From assembly GCA_032718475.1 (NCBI GenBank), contig JAUCBJ010007536.1:1-45279 (forward strand): a DNA stretch of 45,279 nt. Direction: 5' to 3'. Position numbers and translations under genes: made by a program. The number at the start of each line of letters is the position of its first letter. The stretch's first letter is position 1. Source of the stretch: Nemertoderma westbladi (taxonomy: Eukaryota > Animalia > Xenacoelomorpha). Positions 20,701 through 32,140 of the stretch are shown piece after piece. The notes beneath the pieces are model-generated. The model ran no database searches and had not been told where the DNA came from. It was given only the letters and a program-made list of their open reading frames with translations.

Positions 20701-21830
20701 GATGCGACCGCACAGTTTGATTCCGTCATTCATGCTGCTCTGTCCGACCTCATAGGGGGCTCTCTTTCCAGCTGGTCGGCCAATAAGGCTGTTCTCCCAA
20801 CCTCCATGGGAGGTGTTGGTCTTCGTAGAGCAGCTGATCATGCCCCTGCGGCATACATTGCATCCGTCTGCCAATGCAAGGCATTGGTCTCCCAAATCCT
20901 GCATCATGCCCCTTTCAACCCTCACATTACCCCCACCCTGTCCTCCCTGGCGCAGGCTGCTAAAGAACCTGACTGGTCTACCCTCGAAGCTCTACCTTCC
21001 CCTGTTACTCAACGCCAACTCTCTCACTCCATCGATCTGGCCTTGTTTGATGACCTAATCTCTAATGCCCCTGACCACAGGTCTAAGGCGCTTGCCAACT
21101 CCTCCTCCCTGCCACATGCAGGAGATTGGCTACATACAATCCCTTCAGAAAGCCTAGGGCTACATTTCCTTGACGCTGAGTATCGCCACTCAATTTGCTA
21201 TTGGCTTGGCATCCGTATGAGCTCCTCCACCTACCCTTGTCCCGTATGCTCTTCCCCAGCAGACCCGTATGGGGATCATCAGGTCAGCTGCGGTGGAGAT
21301 GGGGACAGGATTGCTCGTCATGACTCTCTTCGAGGCGCAATTTTCTTAGCTGCACAATCTGCTGCTCTTGCGCCTCGAAGTGAAGTCCCCGGCCTCATTC
21401 CTGGGTCTCGCAGTCGTCCAGCCAATATTTTTCTCCCCAACTGGCATCGCAGTCAGCCAATGGCCTTGGATGTCACGGTCATCTCCCCCCTGCAGGCCTT
21501 AACCCTCAACGGTGCTGCCACAGACCCTGGCTATGCCCAATCCATAGCCAGAAATCGAAAGCTAGCAGCCCACGCAGATGAGTGCAGGAGCTCCGGCGTC
21601 GGTTTTACATTACACCCTTGGTCGTTGAGGCACTAGGCGGTTGGGATCCCCACTCTTCCTCTACCATTCGGGAAATTGCCAGACTCCAGGGCCTGAGACG
21701 TGGTACACCCACTGGTGACTCAATCCGACACCTTTTCCAGAGGCTATCCGTTATCCTGTGGCGTGGGAACTCCTCCATGTGGCTGCGCAGATCCCCAACC
21801 TTCCCCCCCTCAGTAGATGGTGTGCTTTAG
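17741..21830 (+). pseudogene. CRE-clade polyprotein: Ulp1-like (C48) protease - SAP - RT - CCHC finger - restriction-like endonuclease; frameshifted
   Basis: Ulp1 motifs GWLTDNIL, FNSQF, ILFPIN, HWSL, FLDS and QHNSYNCGVYV are spread over frames 17741, 17892 and 18106. SAP LKVSDLKLQLKSRGLPTTGKKEVLKARL. RT LRPIAVGETLRR, DFSNAFN, GVQQGDPLGP, WYLDD. Finger CPVC...DHQVSC...RHD. RLE RPAN..LDVTV. A last frameshift near 21605 leads into PLVVEALGGW... Confidence 0.9.
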
Positions 21831-21924
21831 AGGCCTCACAGACAATACAGACCTTACAACCTTGTTTTTAGCCTATTGTAGTGTATTGTCTCAAACCGAT
21901 TTGTACTGTACAGAATAGTAACGT

Positions 21925-22200
21925 ATTTATTGTATTGTATTGCCTGTTTTTTACTGTATCGTATTGCAATGTATCGTATTGTAGTGTATTGTAATTGTAT
22001 AGTAAAGTATTGTATTATCTGGTATTGTACTGTGAAGCATTGTATTGTATTGTTACGAGTTCTATTGTAAAGTACTGTATCATATTATAGTGTTTAGTGT
22101 TGTATTGTAGAGTTTTGTACTGTATTATATTGCTTAGTATTGTATTGTAAAGTTTTGTGCTGTATTACATTGTTTAGTATCGTATTACGTACCTTAAATT
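21925..22200 (+). repeat. Degenerate (TATTG)n microsatellite, 3' UTR/tail of the CRE element
   Basis: Repeated TGTAT/TATTG units run up to the right TSD. Confidence 0.85.
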
Positions 22201-22245
22201 ATGTATTATTAATGAAATGAAATCAGCGAACCCTAAAACCCCCAT

Positions 22246-22332
22246 GATTTACTGAACTAAAGCCTTATAGAAACTATACTATAGAGATTTACTGAACTAA
22301 ATAAAGCCTTATATAGAAACTATACTATAGAG
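22246..22332. repeat. ~40-bp imperfect tandem duplication
   Basis: GATTTACTGAACTAAAGCCTTATAGAAACTATACTATAGA occurs twice; the second copy has small insertions. Confidence 0.85.
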
Positions 22333-22479
22333 TATATGATACAGTATAAGATTACATTCTATGTTTATATATATGTATATATTGTACTGTACGTACATAT
22401 TGTATACCATTTTATATATTTCTACATGGGGGCAATAATGCCCCCAGCGGCTTTATTTAGCATCACTAATGATAGTAAA

Positions 22480-22632
22480 ATTAGTACTATAATAGTAGTA
22501 TATATATATAATATTATATAATAATAATATATATAATAAATAAAATAAAAATAAAATATAATAATAAAATATATTAATAAATATAATATTATATATATAT
22601 TATATATATATAATAGTAGTAGTATAATAATT
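22480..22632. repeat. AT-rich low-complexity tract
   Basis: Almost only A/T (TA, TAA and TAAAA units). Confidence 0.9.
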
Positions 22633-22719
22633 GTTACCAAATATGATACATATATTACATATTCATACTGTAGTAGTATTCATCGTTTGTTTTGTAAATT
22701 ATATCTTATTTCAGCTATG

Positions 22720-23020
22720 GATGATTTGTGGATATTCTGGGTTGCCTATATATATGACGGAAAGTCTCAGGGAAATATTGATGGACCACTTGGGTCTCGT
22801 GTTGTCATTGAGTTGTTATCCATTACTCAGGATCCGTCACAACATCATGTTTTCTTTGATAATTTTTTTTACAAGCCACGACTTATTGACAAACCTGCAT
22901 GAAATGGGTTTCAGGGCAACCGGCATGGCACTATTTGTGACAATCGCACTGCGCAATGTCCTCTCCAAGATTCAAAGGATATGAAGAAGCAACCCCGTGG
23001 AGTTTATAATTTCAGGTCAC
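22720..23020 (+). pseudogene. piggyBac transposase catalytic-core relic
   Basis: Across frameshifts: YIYDGKSQGNIDGPLGSRVVIELL...HHVFFDNFF / TSHDLLTNLHEMGFRATG / NRTAQCPLQDSKDMKKQPRG. This matches the piggyBac DNFFTS...G..ATGT.R.NR signature. Confidence 0.85.
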
Positions 23021-23811
23021 CATAGATATACATTTTATATTGTAGGAATTTTCATTTTATTTTAACAATTTGTTTGTTACACTATGCTATTTGACTACGA
23101 TATTTCATAATTATGGTAATATATATAAATTATATATATGTTACCAAAGGAACTACCACTGCAAATAACAACTGTCAGTTAGAAAAAAGCTATATTATAT
23201 TTCTGCCCATTACGGGTCTTCATCAAATACAGAAATGCTCTCACTCACATCATCACCAGTACAGCACAAAATCCATTGATTTTGTGCTGTCTTCCAGATC
23301 TTCCAGATGACCAGTTAACCCCTTTTCTAGGTGTCATGCCACAAAAAATTGAAGCCTTTATAGTACACCTGCTCACATACAACAACAATAAAGACTTATC
23401 TGGCAAACTGTAAATTAAGTATCTGATTGGAAAAGTTGTGCTAAGGGATGCCTAAAATCTTATGTAATATTATGGTTTTGTTTAGAAATGGAAAAAATTA
23501 GGAAGCAGGTCACTGTGCATTAATGAAAGGATTGAGGTTGTAACTTGAGGACCTAACTAATTATGGGGTACCGGTAATAATGGTTTGTACTGTACCTACA
23601 GTAGTAATTAATACCTTTGGGGGGATCTAAGTGAGCGTTCACATATACATGTCTGATGTCTGGATAAGTACTGAAGTACTGGTAGGGAGGGATATGTATA
23701 ATATAATACTGATTGTGATGACTGAAACCTGTTGTTACCCTGTGTTATCGTGTTCGACGTGCTGAACTGCTGAACCATCTGGGAGTCTTCAATTAGGCCT
23801 GTGAACTCTAA

Positions 23812-26719
23812 GGCAGGTTGGAGCCTGTCAGTCAGCGGTGGGATACGGTCCACCCCGCTACCCTAATTAAACTGAGTGCGTTATTTGCACATTTGTGTAT
23901 CATCAGTGAGTTCTGACATTCGTACCGAGGTATATATAATGCAATAATCATAATGGCTGAATGGGAATTACCCAATTATGAACTGTTGGAAGGAACCGGT
24001 AGGCCTACTGTTCTACCAGTACTGTAGTAGGAAGTGGATAGACTGTAACTGTACTGCGGCTAGTATTTGGAACCGGACTGGAAGTTAAAGTGTGGGATTT
24101 AAGTGTAAATATAGGCCTAAAGTATGGGTGACGCAGAGGAAGATGTTGAGGCCGGGGCCACCGGCCTGAGGTCCCGTAAAATCGGCGAGGTTGGTCGACT
24201 GAAATTTGATAGGAAGAAACCACAGAAATTCTTTTCAACTTTAGGGTGTATGGGGTGATTAAACAGATGGTCAAGTGAGGAGGTTGTATTAGCTGGAATC
24301 ATGCAAATTGGTGACACTGAGGAATGGTTAGCTGACTACCTTGAGGATTTGTCATTAGACACATTGGAGGAACTGGAGAAGAGTGCGATTGATAAATTAG
24401 AACCACCAGAGCAACGGACGATGTTCTTGAAGGAATTCCATGATGCCACCGCTTGATACATTAGACCAGCTTATCGCTAAGATGGATGTTATTAAGGCAA
24501 CTGAAGGTGCTGTCGGTGGATTTGGCCGTGACACTGTAAGGCGGCAGAAGTTTAGTGGGTCCCCATCTAGCTCCAGTTCCGGACGTGGAGGCAGTTTGGG
24601 TGTTACCTGTTATCGATGCAATAAGGCTGGGCACATAGCTAGAGATTGTAGAAATGGTCCAGGGTCTCGTTTTGGGTCCAGGGGTAATGGACATCAAGGT
24701 AGTTTTCCATTTGCATGTTATCTTTGTGGCGTCAGAGGATACAATTCAGTGGATTGTCGTCGAAAGGTTGGTGATAATAGGCAAGCACAGGACAGGAGGG
24801 ACTCCAGTAGCATGGCAACTGGACATAGTAATTTCCGTAGGGTAGTTAGGTCTGACAATAGTAGCACAAGCACAGGCAATCGAGTTGCTCGAGTACCGGT
24901 AATGTTGCCAGATGAGATGGGTGTTAGTGATAATACGAAATGGATAGTTGAAAACCCAGTAATAGATGACATTACCGTGGACGTCAGCTGTGGTGGGCAG
25001 TATATTGAGGCAGTAGTTGATTCTGGTAGTGCATTCTCATTGGTGAAACCAAGTGTTGCGAAATTAATTAATCTGGAAAGTGAGGTTGGTACTATTTTCC
25101 ATCACGAATCTTTAACTGCTGCAAACAAAACAACATTAGAAATTATTGGTGAGGGGAAGGTCTGGATGGAACTCGATGGTCAGCAGCAGGAGATAGACCT
25201 CCAAATTGTAAAAGACCTATCGGATGACCTAATTCTGGGAAGGAATGCATTAAAGCAATTTCGAATTATTATTGACTGTGAAAGTAACACAGCAGTTTGC
25301 AGACATATAGCAATGTCAGAGACTTTGAGTGAATCAGCAAAGGGATGTTTGGACAGATTATTGGATAAACATAGCAGGATTTTATCAAAAGATCAGTTTT
25401 CTGTTGGTCGAATTGGGAATGTAGTGTATTGTATTGATTTAATGTCCAATGTTCCAATTGCTAGACGCCCTTATAATCTTGCGGTTCATTTACGAGAACG
25501 GGTGGAGGATTTTGTTTGCAGTATGAAGTCTGCAGGGATAGTACAAGAGTCAAATAGCCCCTATGCGTTTGGTGTGGTGATAGTTCCAAAGAAATCTGGT
25601 GATATTCGATTCACTGTTGACTACTCCCCATTAAATCGCATTACAGTAACAGATCCATACCCAATGCATAACTTGCATCACATGCTGGAGCGAGTTGCAC
25701 AAAAGAAAGTGTTTAGCTGCATGGATACTAGGCAAGCTTATTGGCATATTCCCATGGCATTGGGGGATGTTCACAAAACATCATTTGTTCTAGAAGGGCA
25801 TCATTTAGAATTTCTCGTTATGGCTATGGGACTAACGAATGCTGGTAAAACCATGCAGCGAATGGTGGACAAGGATGTTTTAGCAGTTGCTCGTTCCAGA
25901 TGCACCACAACAGGTTGTTTTGAGGGATTTGTTGATGACATTATGGTTGGCAGTGACTCTGATAATGAACATAGTGCCGATCTATTGTTGCTTTTTGAGA
26001 TATTTAACAATTTACATTTAAGAATTAATCCAGATAAATGCCAGTTTTGGAAATCTAAAATTGAGGCTCTTGGACAGGTGAGGCCTTTGAAGTCATATAA
26101 ACAGGAAGTCGAGGAATGGGCACCACCAATCGACTTAAGACAATTATGTCAATTCTTAGGGTTCGTTGGATTTTGTAGGGCTTTTGTTCCTAATTTTTCA
26201 GTTCGGGCAAAGGTCCTTACAGACAAGACACGAAACGGCGTGAAATGGTGTTGGACAGTAGAGGACCAAAGGGCATTTCAGGATTTGAAGATAGCAATAG
26301 CAGATGCTCCAGCTAAAGTTCCCCTAGATATAGAAACAGACATTGAGTTAATAACTGATTCTAGTGAGGATGGTTGGGGTGGAGTAATCGAACAGAATGA
26401 CCAACCTGTGGATTTTGCATCAGGTAAGTGGTCTGAAGCACAGTCACAGTATTCTACAACCAAACTTGAATTGCGTGCTGGGTTGGAGGCAGTACGTAAG
26501 TTCCGTCATTATATATTAGGAGCTCCAAATGTTACCTGGGTGACTGATCATCAATCCTTGCGAAACATCAAAGCAGATAGTGATGATAAAGTCTTATTTC
26601 GGTGGCGTCAACAATTAGATGAATATGGTATGCAAATAATACATCGATCAGGTGTAGAAATCCCGTCGCATATTGACAAATGAGTGGGTTGTAGCAGCAG
26701 GGCAGGTTGGAGCCTGTCA
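23812..26719 (+). mobile_element. Gypsy/Ty3 LTR retrotransposon, internally deleted (no integrase, 3' LTR reduced to a stub); left LTR boundary unresolved
   Basis: 19-bp direct repeat GGCAGGTTGGAGCCTGTCA at 23812-23830 and 26701-26719, ending in CA. The left copy is followed by GTCAGCGGTGGGAT, which resembles a tRNA-Leu PBS (GGCAGCGGTGGGAT). Confidence 0.75.
24440..26683 (+). pseudogene. Gypsy gag-pol remnant (Zn knuckles, protease, RT, RNase H), 747 aa
   Basis: CYRCNKAGHIARDC; AVVDSGSAFSLV; IRFTVDYSPLN, MDTRQAYWHIPM, FVDDIMV; ITDSSEDGWGGVI, YSTTKLEL, TDHQSL. Ends right after RNase H. Confidence 0.93.
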
Positions 26720-27587
26720 TTAAGAATGCTATGCCAACTTATTGACAAAATTCCACCATCACAACTTACTATCCCCATCGACTTTCGCAAGATTATCCGA
26801 AACTTTATTTAAGGCCAGTGTTCATTGCAAAACTAATGTCCTGCAAAGTGGAGGCGGCTTTGTTAACATGTCAATCTTGGGGGGGGGGGGGGGGGGGTGT
26901 CAGTGATTGGATTATTTAGTTGAGCTTCTCTCTACTTATGTCACAACAATTCCATAACAATAGTTGAATAGACTATAATTCTAAAAGCATAACTATTGAA
27001 CCAATATAGTAATAAAATATGTGCTGATCACTATCTTTTGTTAGATTCTCTGTTAGAATTTCGTTCTATCTTATTATTTAAAAAAATAAAAATAATTCAA
27101 GAAAAAAGAGTACCAATAGGGTAGGTACCAAAATGGCATCTCGAAAAGGGTGAACGTGTTCGTTCCAACCAGTTAATATAAAATTTACAGTGTCACTAGT
27201 CCCACCCACAGAGCGTTAATGATATCTTTTGCATAATCATCAATATTTGAAATATGTAACAAAATGTTTGCACACAAAATATTACTACACGAATCACAAT
27301 GCAGATTAATATTATTTAACTGGTTACTTATAGTCTGTTTAAACAAATCCTGTTTGGCGGACTAAGTCAGCATTAAAGTCACCTGTTAAAATTATATTAT
27401 TTGTATCTGAAACTCTAATAATGTCACTTATATCATAACACAAAGTAAAAAATTCATCAGAAACCGAATCGAATCTACGTTTTGTATTGAAGCTTGAAGC
27501 CATCTATTGTTTGTTTCGATGTTGGTAACATTATTTAGATGACGATTTCCGAGTTAAATTACACAATCCTGCAATAGGTCTACCGGA

Positions 27588-28380
27588 TTGACCAGTAGCA
27601 TTAGTATTAGTAAGTTAGGCGCTATGCCATGTGTCACCTGGCAGGCTGCACCCATGCCCATTCTCATAACATCCGTGGTCCAGATGGTATCACAGTTTGT
27701 ACCCACCTTGGCAGGCACATTCCAGCAGCAGACGCAGTGTCACTTGTTTCATGGGGCCGCTGTCCCTAACCTCGCTGATTATATGACTGATGCCATTTCC
27801 TACATTAGCAACAATGTAGCTGAACTTGAGAGCTACATGCGCAATGGTCGCCCATTCCATTGCGACACTATTAGCACCCTTCATAGCTGGGAAGGGATCA
27901 ACAAATCTTGGGGCGACGCCCTATACGGTAGCCTTGAAATCAATCCGGCTTGGTGGGCCACGAGTTCGCTCTACACGCGAATGTGGATTTCATCCTAGAC
28001 ATTCACAACTGCAACTAACTACTTGGCTCAGCCCATTCACCCAATTAACAACATTGACATCACCGCGCATCCCGCACAGGGCGCTGGCACTGAGATAGTT
28101 CGTGCCACCATAGTTATTGCCGAGCTGGTCTTCTTAGCCGACGATGGCGCAGGACTTACAACTACTAGCTAACGCTTGTTCTGGTTTCCCTCGCTGGGTA
28201 ACCGTGGCACCTCCCCCAGCCACAGGCGCTAGCCTCCTAGCTGCGGTCCAAATGGGGATGACTCCATTGACCCTTCTTTGGGGCAGACCATGATTGGATT
28301 TCACTGTTCCTCGAAGTCCTGTTTGCGACTGTGTAAGTAGAAAGCCAAACAGAGGCTGTTGTACCAATTGTCAGTGCTGA
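27588..28380 (+). other. GC-richer decayed coding island of unknown origin
   Basis: Visibly more GC-rich than the AT-rich flanks. ORF 27588-27998 continues in frame past one TAG for a further 57 codons (to 28172). No motif recognised. Confidence 0.35.
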
Positions 28381-29308
28381 CATATAGCCTTTATCTAAAA
28401 ATCCTGCTTTGTTCAGTAAAGCTGCTACAACATTTTGCTGTCTTGAGAACTAAACACACAATATCACAGTCTATAGCTCCAAAAGAATTAGCTCCGAAAT
28501 ATATGAAAGTTGAGAGCAAATAACCCATATAGTATAGTCTGTCAATAAAAACATTTTATGCCAAATCTAGCTCGTTTGGTTTTTATAAACTGTTTGAAGT
28601 GTAATCTTCCTTTGTAGAGAAGTAGACACTCATAGAGAGTATAAACTTTTACAGTTTTATGAAGTTCATCGAATAGGTTATTCAATCCAGTCATTTTGTC
28701 ACCTGGTTTAAACCTGGTTTCTAAGTTAGAAAATCGAATGTTTCAAAGACTTGTCACAACAAAGATCCAGTGATATTTCCAAAATGTGGTGTTGCGATAT
28801 TCCCCTGAGAGGAACCAGTAACTATGCAGAGTTGGTTTCTATACGACACCCATTAGGAAGACTAGCCCTAAAAAAATTAATTCATTAATACCAATGCTAG
28901 AGATCAGGTCAATTCCGACACACAAAAATGAATTATTTTCAATGTTGGTAGGTCGAAATTGTCCTACAGAAGCTGGACAGAAACAAAATTCACGTTGGTT
29001 GATATTTTCCACCACCAATACGAAATTGAGTATTACAAAATAAATCATCACACAATCTGGCTGCTGTCAGCTGATCACTGATTGCATGCAACGTCTAGGT
29101 CCTGTTGTTGCCTTTTAGTTTTTTACATAATTTGATACTAACACACTTACTGGTAAAGTTTTTTTACTTAACGTGCTTGAAAATAAATAATATAATTAAT
29201 TGTAATTAATTATTGGTTTTCAAGCTTCTACTTCAATATTTATTTATTTCCTTAAAACTCCACCTGGTAAACCAGTCGCACAAGCTGATAATTTAAAAAC
29301 AAGGAAAT

Positions 29309-29405
29309 TTTTTTTTTTTTTTATTATTACGCCAAATACTGGCAAATAGGCGATATGGTCATTAACTAAAATTAAATCATATTTACAATAAAAACATAAT
29401 TACTT
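29309..29405 (-). mobile_element. Short 5'-truncated retroposed insertion with poly(A) tail
   Basis: A 20-bp direct repeat TAATTTAAAAACAAGGAAAT (29289-29308 and 29406-29425) flanks a 97-bp segment that begins with a T-run. Confidence 0.8.
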
Positions 29406-29579
29406 TAATTTAAAAACAAGGAAATAAGAGTCAGTTGTCCAACAGGTGATTAAATGTGAATAAAACATACACATCAATTAATACTACTTTACCGGTATCT
29501 AAAGAGTATACTAATAAAAGGTGGATGCAGCATGGTGCAGTATCAATATAATCAATCAATATCAATATTAGAATTATAA

Positions 29580-30100
29580 TAAATGATCAATATATTTCTG
29601 ACATTTAGGGTCATTAAGAATATTATACCAGAAATGTATTATCGATGTGCGCAGTTCAGTACTGTTCTGCGTTTGAGTCGTGTTTCTTATATAATCTTTA
29701 AGTTCATGCCAGATTAGCTCGATTTGATTGAGGTCGGGACTTTCAGGGAGCCAGAAATAAGGGCTGTAAGGTAACCCAATGAATCTATGTAATTCAGGGT
29801 CTCTTTGGTGGTGTGACGGGTCAGAGTCGGCCTGGAGAATTAATTGTTTATTTCATGTATCCGCTAGACAATAGTCTAACATCGAACAGTATACAGTTGA
29901 ATTTATTGTATACAGTTGAATTTATAGTTGTTTTTCCATTTATTATTACGAGTGTAGTTTTGCCGTTGTAAGTAATGCCCCCATAAATATGTAGCTTGAT
30001 AGGATAATTCGCTCGAGATCACAAGTGTCCCCCTTTACATAAAATATTTTACGAAAGTTTTGTAACTGCACACAACATTCATCGGTAAATGTTACTCTAA
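29580..30100 (-). pseudogene. IS630-Tc1-mariner (Tc1-like DDE) transposase relic
   Basis: Minus-strand translation gives VTFTDECCVQL (~30080), LHIYGGITYNGKT (~29980) and LQADSDPSH...WLPESPDLNQIELIWHEL (29850-29700; D-35-E as read). Broken by frameshifts and stops. Confidence 0.85.
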
Positions 30101-32140
30101 TAAGTTCTTAATAGTTTCTTTCAGTAATTGTAATAATATTTACTGTAGATTGTATTATTTATTATCTACATTTTTGTTTTCAGGAATTCTATGTTTTTCC
30201 ATGAATAGCTCGACCTTTTAAATACATTTTATCCACTTCTGTTTCTTGTAATATAAAAATAATAGCGATCTTGTTTCTATTACCTGTATATTACTGATAA
30301 TTAATTTGTTCAAGAAATAATATACTTTTTACTCACTTCTATACTGGATTTATTATTTTTTTTAAAGTTATATTTCATCCCCACATAAATAAAACTATAT
30401 CAAGTTTAGCTTAGGAAATTTAAAGATATTTGTGTCCACATGATTAAGGCTCGGCGTTCCATTAGGTCAAGTGTGTACCCACTTATTATTATAGAACGTT
30501 TTATTAATAGTTTGTATGTTAAAATGTTCTAGAATTAAATTATTTGTTCTTGAACCTTTCATATATTATTATCTAACATGTTTTAGAACATTTTAAACGA
30601 ATCATGAAAATTTACAGTAGCTAGTTTAAAAAAATGGGAGGAATGGGATAGTGTTGGGTTCCCAGTAACCTAATGGAGAGGCGAACCTAACATAGGAACT
30701 TTAATTTGTTATTAAACAATTCGTGTTTACTATATATGACTAATCGTATAATAAAACAATTAAATCTCTGGAGGTAAGTGAGCTTGGTCGGATTCTTTGC
30801 CAGTGCGAACAAGCAATACTGGGCTAAGCAAGTGCTAGTCACTGTATGGCCACCATGAACTCCAAAAGAAAACAATAAATGAATATGTTCACCTGCAAGT
30901 ATAGGGGCTTACTATATTGTAGTCAGTAATAATACATTATATTATTGTCAATTATAGCTTTTAATACAACATTGTTCGCGCTTTCAGACCTTTAGCAGTT
31001 TAACCTGCCAAATTAGGATGTCTTCTAGATAATAGATAGTCTTTAGCCTACGACAAATATTTGATACACTACATTAGCCGAAACCAGTCTATGCGCGATC
31101 ATTCACCCACTGGATATACCCGGGAGACTGGATTCGGAAGCCTAATCGTATTGCGGGATAGGCCTACTGTATTATTCGACTGATCTTAATATATATAATC
31201 TCTGACAAATATTATTCACTTTCGGGAAATATTAACAGTACTCTAAATATATAAACAGAGTTATGACTTAAACCAGACGCAACGGGATGGCTATAGATTC
31301 ACGTATATGGCGCATTCTTTAGGAGATGCTTCGTTATCAATCACAGTCATACACAATACTGCACAATGCTGCACACTAATCTGCCGACCTTCACTAATTT
31401 TAGTCACATATAAGGAGAACAACAGACAATACGTGTAGAGCCTATAAAATAGCATTAGATTCACTTCAAACCACTTAATGTAAGTCGCAATCGTTATATG
31501 TATCCGGTCTCTCTAACCTTTAGTATATCAAGAAGATTGGGGTGTCTGATTGTTTATCAGTATTCCAAATATAATGTTACATCAACAAATATAATGAATA
31601 ACCGACAGCAAAGCAGTAATGTTAAGAATTGATATGATCAGTGAGTAAGTTAGTTGGTTTGTGAGATATGATAACGGATATACGTTCTATAATTAAGCCT
31701 ACTAATGTTGATGCTAAAGACTGAAACACGGAGGTTCCACGCCGGTGTTGTAGGCTGTGGAAGAAATCACATACTGACTCACTTCCCTAGTTTCTATATA
31801 CCATCTCCAACACAGAGGCAAAAAACGCTCTGATTGGTCGTCCGAACAAAGAGAGAACAAAGAACAAAGAGATGTTCTACGTGGCAATATCAGCTGTTAG
31901 CCGTCGTCATGGTATCTACACTGTTTCAAGAGGATCCGGCTTATTGCGTCATAGAATTGCTAATCATGTCCGCTAAAGTACACATACAGAAGAAATGGCT
32001 TTTATGTCCTCTAAAACAACAATACAGTAAGGACACGGCCTTTTATGCCGGTTAAACCAACTACAGAGTACTTTACGGGGAAAATAACCGGCTAATTACA
32101 CAAAAGCCTTTACACCGCTCCCAGAAAATGGGATTTAAGT

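Larger units (their letters stand above)
16421..22213 (+). mobile_element. Full-length CRE-clade (RLE-type) non-LTR retrotransposon
   Basis: 10-bp TSD GAAATGAAAT at 16411-16420 and 22214-22223. Long 5' region, RT-RLE coding region and (TATTG)-like 3' tail. Confidence 0.88.
23319..27150. mobile_element. Candidate non-autonomous piggyBac-like element hosting the Gypsy insertion
   Basis: Left TTAA|CCCCTTTTCTAGGTGTCAT (23315-23337) and right ATGGCATCTCGAAAAGGG|TGAA (27133-27154) form a 15/18 inverted match. Confidence 0.45.

Noticed and set aside
22336-22640. Hydrophobic Ile/Tyr-rich ORFs resembling membrane proteins
   Set aside because: They are translations of AT-rich low-complexity DNA.
31000-32140. 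3' LTR of the second BEL element
   Set aside because: No direct repeat with 43900-45279 was seen and there is no convincing PBS/PPT; left unannotated.
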